DNA from: Carcharhinus amblyrhynchos
Taxonomy: Eukaryota
DNA length: 64,000 nt
NCBI GenBank assembly: GCA_965287045.1
Contig: OZ336881.1
Location: 21,390,001 to 21,454,000 of the forward strand
Direction of reading: 5' to 3'
The notes beneath the pieces are model-generated. The model was given only the letters and a program-made list of their open reading frames with translations, ran no database searches and was not told where the DNA came from. Position numbers and translations under genes: made by a program. Each line of letters opens with the position of its first letter. Positions within the stretch are counted from its first letter, which is position 1. This document shows positions 51,651 through 64,000 of the stretch, piece after piece.

Positions 51651-53604
51651 AGATCGGTGCTGCTTGTGCAGAGCTGCATGAGGTAATATTTTGTCAATGT
51701 CCTTGTTTGCTTGTTGGGGGTTCAAAACATGGTCAAACAGGCCATTTGTAAATATCTATCTTTGTTTTCGTGTAATGTTTGTGGTGGCTTCTATAAACAA
51801 GAAAATGCAGGATATTTCATCATATGCACTATCTCACATTTACAACACACTGAGTAACAGTGAAGGTTAAGGAGGTACTTAATAAAAGTCTTCAAATTTA
51901 GGGATTTTGGCAGAGTAGATGGGGATGGGAGGAAACTGTTTCCACTGACGGAAAGTTCAATATGTGGAAAGCTCAATAACCAGAGGACACAAATTTATGA
52001 ACTGCATTTGTGAAGGCAGTCAAACAAGGCACTGGGGGAGAACTCTCCTGTTTGCCTTAAAATAATGTAAGAGATCTTTTATATCCACTTAAGAGGCTGT
52101 TTAATGTTGCATACAGAAGCCGCACCTTCGATAGTGCAACGTTCCCTTAGCCAGAAATATATGCTCAAATCCCTAATCTCTGCTATCAACTTTATTCAAA
52201 AGGTCAGGAAATGAACAATAATTGTAGAATAGAATTAGCTAAAAAGGAGACTATGCAGCATTGGAATCTGCACTGGCTATTTCACAGAACAATCCTATTA
52301 GTCCTTCTCCCCTGCTTTCTCCCCATATCCCTGCAATTAATTTCCCCTTCAGATATTTATCCAGTTTCATATTGAACCTGTATCCACCACCCAGGCTGGT
52401 AGTGTGTTCCTTATCCTAACCATTCACATAAAGGTGGCCTGTAGTGTCCTTTGGTTATCGACCCTTCAGCCATTCAAAACAGTTTAATTTTATTTACTTC
52501 ATCTAAATCTTTCATACTTTTTCCTCAAAGCCTCCATGTACTTCCTAAAGCATGAGGCCTGGAATTATACACAGGACTGCAGCAGGGGATAAACTAATGT
52601 TTTATATAGGTTTATCGTATCTTCCTGGCATTTGTACTCTATGCCTGTTATGTGCTTTTGTTAACCTGTCCTGCCACCTTCAAAAATCTGTGCACTAACA
52701 CCCCCAGGTCTCTCTCCTTGTGCCGATTTAACGTGTAATTGTATAACACTTCAACAAAGTGTGATGTCCCAGGGCACTGTGTAATAGGAGGACAGTCTAA
52801 TGGTAGGGAGAAGTAAGGCCTCACAGAGGGGCCAAGGTGGCTGAAGCCTCTGTTGCTTATTAATGAAGAAAGTTCTAAATTGGTAAAACAGAGGTGCAGT
52901 CAGGGACTTGGGACTAGAGAAAGTTGTAATGATCATTAAAGCGGATAATCTGTCCTCACATTACTGTTTGTGGCATCTGCTTTGGCAGGGCAACTACAGT
53001 TGTAACTTGTGACATTGACCACTGGCTAACCTTACAGCACAGACTGTACTTTACTGGCTGTGAGACGCTTTTGGACATTCTGAGTTTGTGAAAGGCGCTT
53101 AATAAATGCAAATTCTTTCTTTCTAACAATATGATCCTAGTGCTGCAGAGCAGGTGATGGCTGCCAAATATTCAACCTTTGTAATGCTTATTATTGTACA
53201 TAGTCACTGGAAAAGGTTTCAAAAAATAATGCAAGGATTAAAATGCAGTATTACTAAATCTGTCACTGCTTACATTCCTGGCTTGATAGAATTTTCATCA
53301 AGCAAAACGATATTGCTTTATTATTTTGCTATTTTATATCATACGTAATTTGATAATCTCATTGATGTAAATAGTGATAGTAGTGGTCTTGCAAATGCAT
53401 TTCAGGAAAATAAGGAGGAAATATTTAATTTCGTAGGAACCCCATAACAAAGGGACATAGAGTCATAGGCTGGAATTTTACTGGCACGCCCGCCCCAACT
53501 GAGGGGGCAGGTGAGGCTCAGAGAATGGCATTCTCTATTGACCTCAGGCAAAATTGTGCGAACCTTGGGTGGACATGCCAGTAAAATTCCACCCATTGAG
53601 TATC

Positions 53605-54230
53605 CTTAAGATAGGGGGGGGGCGGGGGGGAGAGAGTTTAGATCGGAGTTGAGGAGGAACTTCTTCACTGAAAGGGTGGTGAATCTCTGGAATTCTCTGC
53701 CCGTTGAAGTGGTGGAGGCTACCTCACTAAATATATTTAAGTCACGGGTAGATAGGTTTTTGATGGACAAGGGAACTAAGGGTTATGGGGAGAAAGCGGG
53801 ATAGTGGAACTGATCCACTTCAGATCAGCCATGATCTTATTGAATGGCGGAGCAGGCTCGAGGGGCTAGATGGCCTACTCCTGCTCGTATTTCTTATGTT
53901 CTTACAGCAAGGAAACAGGCTCTTTGGCCCAACTTATCCGTGTCACCCAGTTTATACTACTGAGCTAGTCCCAGTTGCCTGCGTTTGGCTCACATCCCTC
54001 TGTACCCATCTTACCCATGTAATTGCCTAAATGCTTTATAAAAGACAAAATTGTACCCATCTCTACTACTGCCTCTGGCAGCTCGTTCCAGACATTACCA
54101 TCCTCTGAGTGAAAAAATTGCCCCTTTGGACCCTTTTGTGTCTCTCCCTTCTCACCTTAAACCTATGCCCTCTAGTTTTAGACTCCCCTATCTTTGGGAA
54201 AAGATGTTGACGATCTGCCTTATCTATGAC
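53605..54230. mobile_element. Young CR1 3' end (+, to 53904) tail-to-tail with another CR1 3' end (-)
   Basis: The + part is near-identical to 1480-1762. Confidence 0.8.
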
Positions 54231-54881
54231 ATAATTTTAAAATTAGTGCTAGTTCAATCATGAGTGAAATCAGGAAGTAATTTTCATACAAAGTAGTATA
54301 AATCTGGAACTCTCTTCTCCCAAAAGGAGTTAATTAACGGTGTCCAGGGATTTTGAGGTAAGGTTGGAAAATGGAGTTGAGATACAGGTCTGCCATGATC
54401 TTTCTGAATTTTTAAATAGTCTCAAGGGCTCAATGACCTATTCCTGTTCATCCATGAATATTCATATTTACATAGCCTGCCTGGCTGTTGGAGCTTTTGC
54501 GTAAAAAGACCTCTTTACCCGATGTCAAAGGCAGCAACAAATTAAAATACCAGATTTTGATCATCACTCTAAGTTCAAAACAATCACTTGCCTTAATTCT
54601 GGTCAGGAATAAGGCATGAAATCAATTTGTGAAATTGATCATAATGAAAGATGGGACAAAGCACTTTCAAGAGGCTTACATTATGTGGCATTAAGCGTAA
54701 AACATCACATCGGCTTCACTTATAGCAGAGCTTGTCACTGCCTATTCTATATTTTATGTAATCTATTGACTTGAATATTTTATTACCTTGTGAAAACAAC
54801 TGCATTTTTTTCTAGTTTCGATGTAAATCAGGTCCTTTCTCTCTTTCAACCTCACTACACTTTTTTCCCTTTTCTCTCTAG

Positions 54882-55003
54882 CTCAGTTGAGAGGAGAGCA
54901 CCCCAGTTACTTGCGGGGCGATAACTTCTTCCGATTTAGTTGTTCAGACTGTGTAGAAGATGGGAAGGAACACTTTGAGAGACTGAAGCTTACATGGCAA
55001 CAA
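54882..55003 (+). CDS. KAT14: KAT14 second coding exon
   Basis: Long pyrimidine tract then ag|, reads (T)QLRGEHPSYLRGDNFFRFSCSDCVEDGKEHFERLKLTWQQ, donor |gtatgt. Confidence 0.95.
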
Positions 55004-58000
55004 GTATGTACTATTGTTGAAACCACATTTAACGTATTTTATACACAAATATATTATACAAATACAAATCAACTTGCCTGTTAATTTGCATGTTTAGGTC
55101 TAACAGTTGTGCTCTGTTCCTATATCTTTGTCTGATGCTGTACATTAGTTGTGAGTTTATTTGTGAATGCTGTGCACCATGATGTGGGCTACTCATTGTA
55201 ATATGGGCCATCTCCTTTCACTAATCAGACTTAATGTTCCATATACCTCTGCGCCTCTGTTCACAGCCTGGCTAACTGGAGGATGTTGACATAGTAGGGA
55301 CTCACCAATGCTGTTTCAGAAAACGGTGCAAGGAAATGCTAATAAGAGGGCCAGAATAACTTAGAAGGTTAAATAATGAGGGCAGCCTGCATAAACTTGT
55401 ATTCCCTTGAGTGTTGATCTGTTTTGAGGCATTTGAAATAATGAAGGTATTCAATTAGACAGATGCAAAGGAGCTATTTCCTATGATAGGGAGATCAAGA
55501 ATGATGAGCACAATCATACAATTAGAGCTAGCCACTGGGGAAGAAATTGAGAAGCAAATTTTCACAGGCAAGGTAGTAGAAATCTCAAACTCTTCCCCTC
55601 ACAACAGTCAAAAAGTTATGGCTACTGGAACAATGGCATCTTTCAGGATTCAGATTTTTGGTGGGGATATTGAAGAATATGGAGCTAAGGCAGGTAAAGA
55701 AAGTTGAGGCACAGACCTTATCTCTTCATTAAATGAAAAACGCTTTCAATTGTGCAGTATGAAATGGACAGAATTCTGACATTTATGAAATTGTAGCATG
55801 ATGGTATTGTACCCTTCAACCCAAGGAATGATGCTACAGAACAATGATAATATTACTTCACTATCTGTGGAGGGGTGAGGAGAGTGAGAATTGTGATGGT
55901 ATAAAATCATCTTAGACTGCTTCCTCACTGTAGCTAAGGATTTAGCGTGCCACTGACAGAGATGAGAGCTCAGATATTCTGTGTGCAAGTTCACGTCCGT
56001 GAGAATGTCCCATCTAAATTCAGAATGTTTGCAGCAAGCATTCATTTTCATTTTCCTGTGCTGTATTTAAACCCAAGATATTGAAGGTGAACACTGAGAA
56101 TTTGAGCAGCGTTCCTCAAAGCATTTAATTGTTTAATGCAAAAACAACTTATTCACTATGAGAAGAGGAACGGAAACATGTTAGCTAGTCATTCTGGGAG
56201 TCAGAAAGGAAACCAATTTCTAATTTGCGAATGCAATTTTTCTTAAATTTATTTGCCAAACACCAAATGAACCTTCATGCCAGTTTGTCTTGTCAGAACA
56301 ATTAGCTGCTTAAAAAAAAATTAATTGTACTGTGTATCATTTCAGTCATCCTCAGATGATGATTTCTCGTCTCAAAATGAATTTACTTCGCTAACATTTC
56401 TCAAATCTTTGTAAAAGATGGCATAATTGGATCTAAATTGAGTTTATGATTCAGCAAGACAAAGGTAGGAGAAATAGTTCCTCAATTTGTGAAGTAATTT
56501 TAGCACCACCAGGCAGTTAGTTAGCCTCTGATTTCAAACTTTAGTTTTTCCTTTGAATCCCTTAGTCAGAAGGTGTCTGGTTCAAGTCCCACTCCAGAGA
56601 CTTAAACAAGTAATTGATGTTGAGACTCCATGGGAAATGGAGAAAAGTAATGGGAAATACATCACTGGCAAATATGGGGAAGGAAACCGTCTATTCATAT
56701 CATTCTCAATTGATGAATCAGTACTCTTCCATGCTGAACAGGGAAGGGACAAAACATATTCTGCGGGACGATCATCAGAAGTGGCACGACTACTGACCAA
56801 GCCTGCTGCGTTTTGAAGGACATAACTGCCAGACTGGGCCTACAGCAGGTGGAGAGGGAATCAACAAGGGGGGAAAATTCACTTGACCTTGTCCTCACTA
56901 ATTTACTTGTTGCAGATGCCTCTGTCCATGACAGTATTGGTCAAAGTGACCATCTCATAGTCTTTGTGAAGACAAAGTATCAACTTTACACTGAGCTTAC
57001 CCACCATTGTGTTGTGTGACACTACCACTGTTCAAAATAGGATCAGAACAAATCTAACATCTCAAAACTGGGCATCCATGAGGTGCTTTAGGCATCAACA
57101 GCTGCAGAGTTATATTTAACCACGATCATGGTCCAGCATATCCCTCAGTCTTGACTGAAGACAAGGAATTAATCCTTGTTCAATGAATTGTGCAGGAGGA
57201 CATGCCGGAAGCAGCAGCGATGATAAATCCTTTGTTTTTTGAAATATTGCCAAAGGAATTTTTATATCCACCTAAAAGGGCAGATAGGGTTTCAGTTTAT
57301 GATTCATCCGAAAGACAGTCCCTCTGACAGTGCTGCACTCCTTCAGTACTGCATTTGAGAGACAGCTTAAAAAACATAAAATGTAATGTCTGTAGAAGGA
57401 GGATAGATACAATATTGGCAGGAGGTATAGAGGACTCCCCGAATTGTTGTACTGGGGAACAAAGTAAGGGAGGATATTGTTACAGTGAATAAATAAGGTT
57501 ATGGAACGGGACTCCAAAATGATTGTTAAACATGAAGTTAGAGGAAATCCTACCAAAATGAATTGAAATGCACTACCCCTGTATCTAAGAAGAATCGGAA
57601 GATTGTGATCAGCACCTCTGCAATTTCTATGCTTGCTTCCCTCAGCAACCTAGGATACATGCCATCTGGACTGGGTGACGTACTTGCTTTTTAGCGTTGC
57701 TTTTAGTTTAGGATGAATTTTAGTTCGTCCAGTATTCTAGGAGCCTCATTTTCCATGGGCGGAATCTTCAGGCCCTTCATGCCCCATTGCTGCTACAAGC
57801 AAGGACGGAGAACTTGGCACTCGGCCAAATCTCCCTTCAGTACAGCAGGACCAAAAATTCCGGTGAACAGCCTGAAAATTCTGATCAATATCTTTGACCA
57901 AGTTCTTTTCCTTGGTAAACACTGATACAAAGTATATATTTAATGTCTTCAATAGGCTTTCTGACTCCAACAACAGACCTCCATTTTGATTCCTATTTGG

Positions 58001-58329
58001 CTTCATTGCTCCTCTGAAAACTCTTTTATTGTTAATGTGCATATGGAAGATCTTCTGATTCAATAGTATCCCTCAAAAGGAGTTAGATACATTATGAAGG
58101 AGAAAAGAATTGCAGGTTATGGAGTGAGACTAACCAGATTGCCCTTCAAAAGAGCTCTTGCAAATCGAATAGCCTTTTTCAGTGTTGTATTATTCTGTGA
58201 TTCGCTGTAAATGCTTTGGGACATCTTGAAGTCATGAAAAGTGTGATATAAATTGAAGTTTTCCTTTTTCTCATAGGTTCCTCTGTGGAGTGTTAATTGA
58301 TATAAGCCTGTACTTTCTGCCTTTCTCAG

Positions 58330-58451
58330 GTTGTGATGTTGGCCATGTACAATTTGTCATTGGAAGGAACTGGTCGCCAAGGCTACTTCCGTTGGAAGGA
58401 AGATATTTGTGCTTTTATTGACAAACATTGGGCCTTTTTATTGGGAAACAG
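58330..58451 (+). CDS. KAT14: KAT14 third coding exon (gene continues beyond window)
   Basis: ctttctcag|VVMLAMYNLSLEGTGRQGYFRWKEDICAFIDKHWAFLLGN(R)|gtaaaa. No further exon recognised before 64000. Confidence 0.95.
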
Positions 58452-58898
58452 GTAAAATACAAGCAGTACACAGTGCCTGGAAAATAATAATTGATTATAA
58501 TGTTGATTCTTATCTAGTGCATTCATTGGTTTATGAAGCAGTATAATAACTGTTAGTCAACCAATTCCATCCAAAAGATGCAACATTTAAACATTGTAGA
58601 AGGGGAGAAATAGTACAAATCTATACACTGTCACTTGTACATTTTTAGTTTTCTGTTTAGGCATTCAACAAATGTTGATTCTTGCTGCATTATTGGTTAC
58701 CCATTAAACATAAGTCATCTTGATACTTGTACAAGTTTGTGTTTCATATGATGCTACTCGGCTAGGCATGAACATGAAAATTGCAGTAAAAAGAGATGAT
58801 GAAATAGTAGGTTTTATTAGAAGTGATTCTGGCAAATCGTAGTGAGAGTCATATCTCTTGGATGAAGATTTTTGTGCTTACTGTTTTTATTCCAGTTC

Positions 58899-59195
58899 AT
58901 TCAACCAATTTGTTTGATAGTAATCCCACAAGCTTTCGGAAATGGTGTTCCTTCGTCAGGTGTGTGGAAGGTTCTGATCAGAGAAGGGCGTATAAAAACA
59001 CACATAGTTTACAGTGTACTGTGTAAACTGTGTGTGTCTTTATATGCCCTTCTCTGATCAGAACCTTCCACACACCTGACAAAGGAACGCCATTTCCGAA
59101 AGCTTGTGGGATTACTATCAAGTAAATTGGTTGGACTTAAACCTGGTGTTGTGATGCTTCTTACTGTGTTTACCCCAGCCGGCATGTCTACATCA
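58899..59195. mobile_element. Fold-back Penelope-type element with two opposite-strand hammerhead motifs
   Basis: About 115-bp inverted arms centred near 59016. 13-bp TSD tttattccagttc (58886-58898/59196-59208). Confidence 0.85.
58927..58963 (-). ncRNA. Minimal type-I hammerhead ribozyme motif
   Basis: CAC-CUGACGA-AGGAACACCAUUUCC-GAAA-GC-UU-GUG: intact core, stem II GGAA/UUCC, stem I CAC/GUG, palindromic AAGCUU stem III. Confidence 0.7.
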
Positions 59196-59339
59196 TTTAT
59201 TCCAGTTCTGCAGTGTTCTCTTATTCCTGTTTTTTATTCCGCATTCCTACTTCTTAAGTCAGCTCAGTAGTTGTCCCTTTTCTGTAATTTACAGGTCTTT
59301 TGACACTACAACCCTTTTAGTCTTACTCCAGAACTCTGC

Positions 59340-61450
59340 AATCCACTTTGGTAGGAATGACAGCAAAATGGACTATAATTTAAATGGCAAAAAATTGCAG
59401 CATGCTGCTGTGCAAAGGGACCTGGGTGTCCTTGTGCAGGAATCTCAAGGAGTTGGTTTGCAGGTGCAGCAGGAAATTAAGAAGGCAAATGGAATTTTGT
59501 CCTTCATTGCTAGAGAGATGGAGTTTGATAGAGCAGACGCAGCACGGTTTCATTAAAGGGAAGTCGTGTCTGACAAATTTACTGGAGTTCTATGAGGATG
59601 CGTCTAGGGCGGTGGATAGAGGAGAGCCGGTGGATGTGGTCTTTCTAGATTTTCAGAAAGCGTTTGACAAAGTGCCTCACAAGAGGTTATTGCAGAAGGT
59701 TGAGGGACATGGAGTTGGGGGTAGGGTGTTAGCGTGGATAGAGGATTGGTTGTCAAATAGGAGGCAGAGAGTGGGGGTAAACGGGTGCTATTCGGATTGG
59801 CGGATGGTGACCAGTGGAGTGCCCCAGGGGTCGGTGCTGGGACCTCAGCTTTTTACCATTTATATAGATGATCTGGAGGAGGGAACCGAGTGTAGAGTGT
59901 CGAAATTTGCTGATGACACCAAGATTGGGGGAACGGCAAATTGTGCGGAGGGTGTGGAGAGTCTGCAGAAGGATCTAGATAGGCTGGGCGAATGGGCCAG
60001 GAAATGGCAAATGGAATTTAATGTTGGCAAGTGTGAGGTGGTCCACTTTGGTAGGAAAAATGGTAGGAAGGACTATTACTTACGAGGCGAAAAACTGCAG
60101 CAGGCGACGGTGCAGAGGGACCTCGGGGTCCTTGTGCATGAGTCGCAAAAACCCAGCTTGCAGGTGCAGCAGGTGGTCAGGAAGGCGAATGGGATGCTGG
60201 CCTTCATAGCGAAGGGGATTGAATATAAAAGTAGGGAGGTCTTGCTGCAGCTGTATAGGGCATTGGTGAGGCCGCAACTGGAGTACTGTGTACATTTTTG
60301 GGCGCCGCACCTGCGCAAAGATATTTTGGTCTTGGAGGGAGTGCAGAGGAGGTTTACTAGGCTGATACCGGAGTTGAGGGGGTTGAGCTATGAGGGGAGG
60401 CTGAATAAACTGGGCTTGTACTCGTTAGAGTTTAGAAGAATGAGGGGAGATCTCATTGAGACGTATAAGATGATGAATGGGATGGATAGGATAGAGGTGG
60501 AAAGACTCTTCCCGCTCAAAAAAGACAATAGGACTAGGGGGCACAGCCTCAAGATAAAAGGGGGGCGGTTTAGAACGGAGTTGAGGAGGAACTTCTTCAC
60601 TCAAAGGGTGGTGAATCTCTGGAATTCTCTGCCCGTTGAAGTGGTGGAGGCTGCCTCGCTAAATATTTTTAAGACGCGGGTTGATGGATTTTTGATAGGA
60701 GAGGGGATTAAGGATTATGGGGAGAGGGCGGGAAAGTGGAACTGAGCAGCGACAGATCAGCCATGATCTTATTGAATGGCGGGGCAGGCTCGAAGGGCTG
60801 GATGGCCTACTCCTGCTCCTATTTCTTATGTTCTTATGTTCTTAAAATCAGCAAGATTATGTTGCAGCTGTATAAAGTGCTGGTGAGGCCACACCTGGAG
60901 TACAGTGTATAGTTGTGGTCTCCTTACTTGAGAAAGAATATACTGGCACTGGAGGGGGTGCAGAGGAGCTTCACTAGGGTTAATTCCGGAGTTGAGAGGG
61001 TTGGCTTATGAGGAGAGACTGAGTAGACTGGGACTAGACTCATTGGAATTCAGAAGAATGAGGGGAGATCTTATAGAAACTTATAAGATTATGAAGGGAA
61101 TGGATAAGAAAGAAGCAGGGAAGTTCTTTCCACTGGCAGGTAAAACTAGAACTAGCCTCAAAATAAGGAGAAGCAAATTTAGGACTGAGTTGAGGAGGAA
61201 CGTTTTCACACAAAGGTTGTGAATCTGTGGATTTCCCTGCCCAGTGAAGCAGTTGAGGCTATCTCATTGAATGTTTTTAAGGCAAGGATAGATACATTTT
61301 TGAACAGTAAAGGAATTAAGGTTTATGGTGAGCGGGCGGGTAAGTGGAGCTGAGTCCACAAAAAGATCAGCCGTGATGTTATTGAATGACAGAGCAGGCT
61401 CGAGGGGCCAGATGGCCTACTCCTGCTCCTAGTTCTTATGTTCTTATGTA
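59340..61450 (+). mobile_element. Young CR1 (about 59528-60843, open RT-to-C-terminus frame) nested in an older CR1
   Basis: QHGFIKGKSCLTNL, LDFQKAFDKVPH, SGVPQGSVLGP, KFADDTK with no stops, and a (ttcttatg)n tail. The host CR1 resumes at 60844. Confidence 0.93.
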
Positions 61451-62196
61451 ACAACAGTCAGGGATGATAATGTACTGAAGTCCTTTCTTTTAGCAACACA
61501 AAATGGATGCTTTTCATTTGCTGCCTGTTTGTTAGCGTGGCAAACTTGTGCAGAATATACTGCCGATGTTGGAAAGAAAGATATATATTTCCCCTCAGGA
61601 ACCACAATCATTTATCATTTTTTACATTTGTTAGAAAGTCTTGTGATTTTTTTCCTTAAACATGAGTGAAATATCCCTAACTGTTGCTTACTGAATGTCA
61701 AAACATGGCATCTGTCTTACCTATGGATCCCATAGGTTGGGTCCCAGTTATGTTTTGAATTGGAGGAGCAAGGACCAAAGTGCACACTATTTTGTGCTTT
61801 ACTCCTTTGCATCACAGTCTGCTAATATTGCATCGTACTTTTTCAATCTGTGCCTGACTGTCCTGTACGCTCCCCAGACTCTTTCTGCTATTGTACACCC
61901 TCTTCATCACATCTTTTTCCTATGCCATGTCTACTGACCAACTTGCTATTATCTTCTTTCCCCCATGCTCCCTAATATTTTGCACCATCACCCCCTCTCT
62001 ACCCCCATCACTTTTATCACTCCCCTCCCCTACACCTTTCCATTTGCAGCAGCTTTGGATTTTGGGCCAAGGAGCTTTGCCTTCCTTCCTCTTTCAGTTC
62101 TTATTTCTTCATCCTCCCATCAGTACCTTGCTGCCGCTAGCTCTGCATTGCAGTGAATGCCTCGCCTCCTGTATTCTCCCCATCTCATCCATCTCA

Positions 62197-62496
62197 TAGT
62201 GGCACAGTGGTTAGCACTGCTGCCTCACAGTGCCAGGGAACCGGAATTGATTCCTGGCTTATGTCGCTGTCTGTGTGGAGTCTGCACATCCTCCGTATAT
62301 CTGCGTGACTTTCCTCCGGATGCTCCAGTTTCCTCCAACAGTCTGAAAGATGTACTGGTTAGGTGCATTGGCCATGCTGAATTCTCAGCGTACCTGAACA
62401 GACACTGGAGTATGGTGACTAGAGGATTTTCACAGTAACTTCATTGCAGTGTTAATGTAAGCCTACTTGTGACATTAACAAGTAAACTTTAAACTT
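62197..62496 (+). mobile_element. HE1-like SINE, tail B
   Basis: gtggcacagtggttagcactgctgcctcacag head and tail B. Confidence 0.85.
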
Positions 62497-62699
62497 ATTT
62501 CCAACTTATCAGCTATTCCTCATCTTTTTGTTTATTTTCCATGTGCCTGGTGTATTCCTGAGCCCCTAATTTATTTCTGATCCTTGCCCATTGCCTCTGC
62601 CTCATTTTGCTATTCCACTTCATCTGTCTAATGTCAAGGCCCTACCAGGGCAACTCCAAAGGATTCAAAAAGCAAACTTGTGTGCAACACCAAAATGTG

Positions 62700-62825
62700 A
62701 GGTGACAAAGGAGCAGCGATCCGAAAGCTAGTGGCATCTACTACCAAATAAACCTGTTGGACTTTAACCTGGTGTTGTGAGACTTCTTACTGTGTTTACC
62801 CCCAGTCCAATGCCAGCATCTCCAC
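62700..62825 (+). mobile_element. Penelope-type pLTR fragment with mutated hammerhead
   Basis: gtgacaaaggagcagcgatccgaaagctagtg followed by the family tail. Confidence 0.7.
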
Positions 62826-63204
62826 TTCTATGACTGAGCCAGTTCTGTATCCACCTTGCCAGCTCATTTCTGATCTCATGCGACTTCGCCTTCTGTACCA
62901 ATCTGTCATGAGGTGTTACTGAAAACAACATCCACTGCCCTATCCTCATCAATCATCTTCGTCACTTCCTCAAGAAACCCGATCAAGTTAGTGAGGCACT
63001 ATCTCCCCTTCACAAAACCTCTCGCTAATACATCCACTTACTTCTAAGTGGAAGTAAATCCTGTGTCAGAGAATCCTCTCCAATAATTTCCCTACCACTG
63101 ATGTAAGGTTCTCCAGCCTGTAATTACCTGGATTATTCTTGCTAGCCTTCTTAAACAAAGGAACAACATTGGTTATTCTCCAATCCTCTGGGACCTCCCC
63201 TGTA

Positions 63205-63409
63205 TGTGGAGATGCCAGCGTTGGACTGGGGTAGACACAGTGAGAAGTCTCACAACACCAGGTTAGAGTCCAACAAGTTTATTTGATAGTACACCCACAA
63301 GAACTCTCTACTCACCTGACGAAGGGGCAGATCCCGAAAGCTTGTGGGTTTACTATCAAATAAACTTGTTGGACTCTAACCTGGTGTTGTGAGACTTCTT
63401 ACTGTGTGT
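63205..63409. mobile_element. Fold-back Penelope-type element inserted in CR1
   Basis: Inverted arms 63235-63301 versus 63341-63407. 12-bp TSD acctcccctgta (63193-63204/63410-63421). Confidence 0.85.
63311..63348 (+). ncRNA. Minimal type-I hammerhead ribozyme motif
   Basis: CUCAC-CUGACGA-AGGGGCAGAUCCC-GAAA-GC-UU-GUGGG: intact core, with stems I and II able to pair. Confidence 0.7.
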
Positions 63410-64000
63410 ACCTCCCCTGTAGCCAGTGAGGATACAAAGATTTCTCTCAAGGCCCCAGCAATTTCTTCCCTTGCCTCTGATAGTATTCTGGGTGTATCCC
63501 ATCAGGCCCTGGGGATTGTCTACCTTAATGTTTCTCAAGAACCCGAATACCTCTTCCCTTTTGATCTAACATGACTCAAACAATCTATACACCCTTTCTT
63601 AGACTCATTATCCACCAAGTCCTTCTCTTTGGTGCATACTGATGCAAAGTACTCATTTAATATCTCGCCCATTTCCTGGCTCCACACATAGATTCCCTTC
63701 CCTGGCCTTGAGTGGGCCAACCCTCTCCCTGGCTACCCTCTTGCTCTTTATATATGTATAAAAAGCCTTGGGATTTTCCTCAGCTTATATTTGTTGTAAA
63801 CCAGTTTCTAGAAGGTCCAATTAGCTTTATTTTCCTCTAGGTCCCCAAACCCAATAATTTCAACATGGTGTAGATTGTGGTGCTGTGAGAGGCAATGGTA
63901 TTGCTTCTGCCCTGCAGAGTTCTCCCTGCACCATCATTGAACAGTCCTGACCCAAATGTATGTTTACTGAAGGCTTCCGAACCATTACATTTCGCTTGTA

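Larger units (their letters stand above)
62826..63780 (-). mobile_element. CR1 ORF2 fragment
   Basis: EMGEILNEYFASVCTKEKD, NYRL.NLTSVVGKLLE and LARWIQNWLSHR. Confidence 0.85.

Noticed and set aside
56100-56520. Possible conserved non-coding element in a KAT14 intron (also about 61490-61720)
   Set aside because: Only an impression from non-repetitive AT-rich sequence; unsupported without alignments.
59384-60745. 453-aa ORF as a host gene
   Set aside because: CR1 ORF2 fragment. The first ~48 aa are an out-of-frame read of the older host CR1.

Overview
Vertebrate (elasmobranch/shark-like) genomic DNA, not prokaryotic. It carries a complete 4-exon OVOL2 gene on the minus strand (CDS 13092->3047, 267 aa). 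Head-to-head with it on the plus strand are PET117 (2 coding exons, 86 aa) and the first three coding exons of KAT14/CSRP2BP, the same gene order as in human. The PET117 stop and KAT14 start lie only 182 nt apart in one apparent exon, with an AATAAA and a strong alternative acceptor between them. Most of the rest is transposon-derived: CR1 LINEs, HE1-type SINEs with two different tails, Deu-domain SINEs, Tx1, Rex1/Babar and RTE fragments, Harbinger-like MITEs and LTR relics. There are also Penelope-type fold-back elements carrying minimal hammerhead ribozyme motifs. Exon boundaries were read directly from the sequence; repeat boundaries and family names are from recognition by eye and are approximate. 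I cannot demonstrate a wholly new system; the best leads are ranked in the findings.
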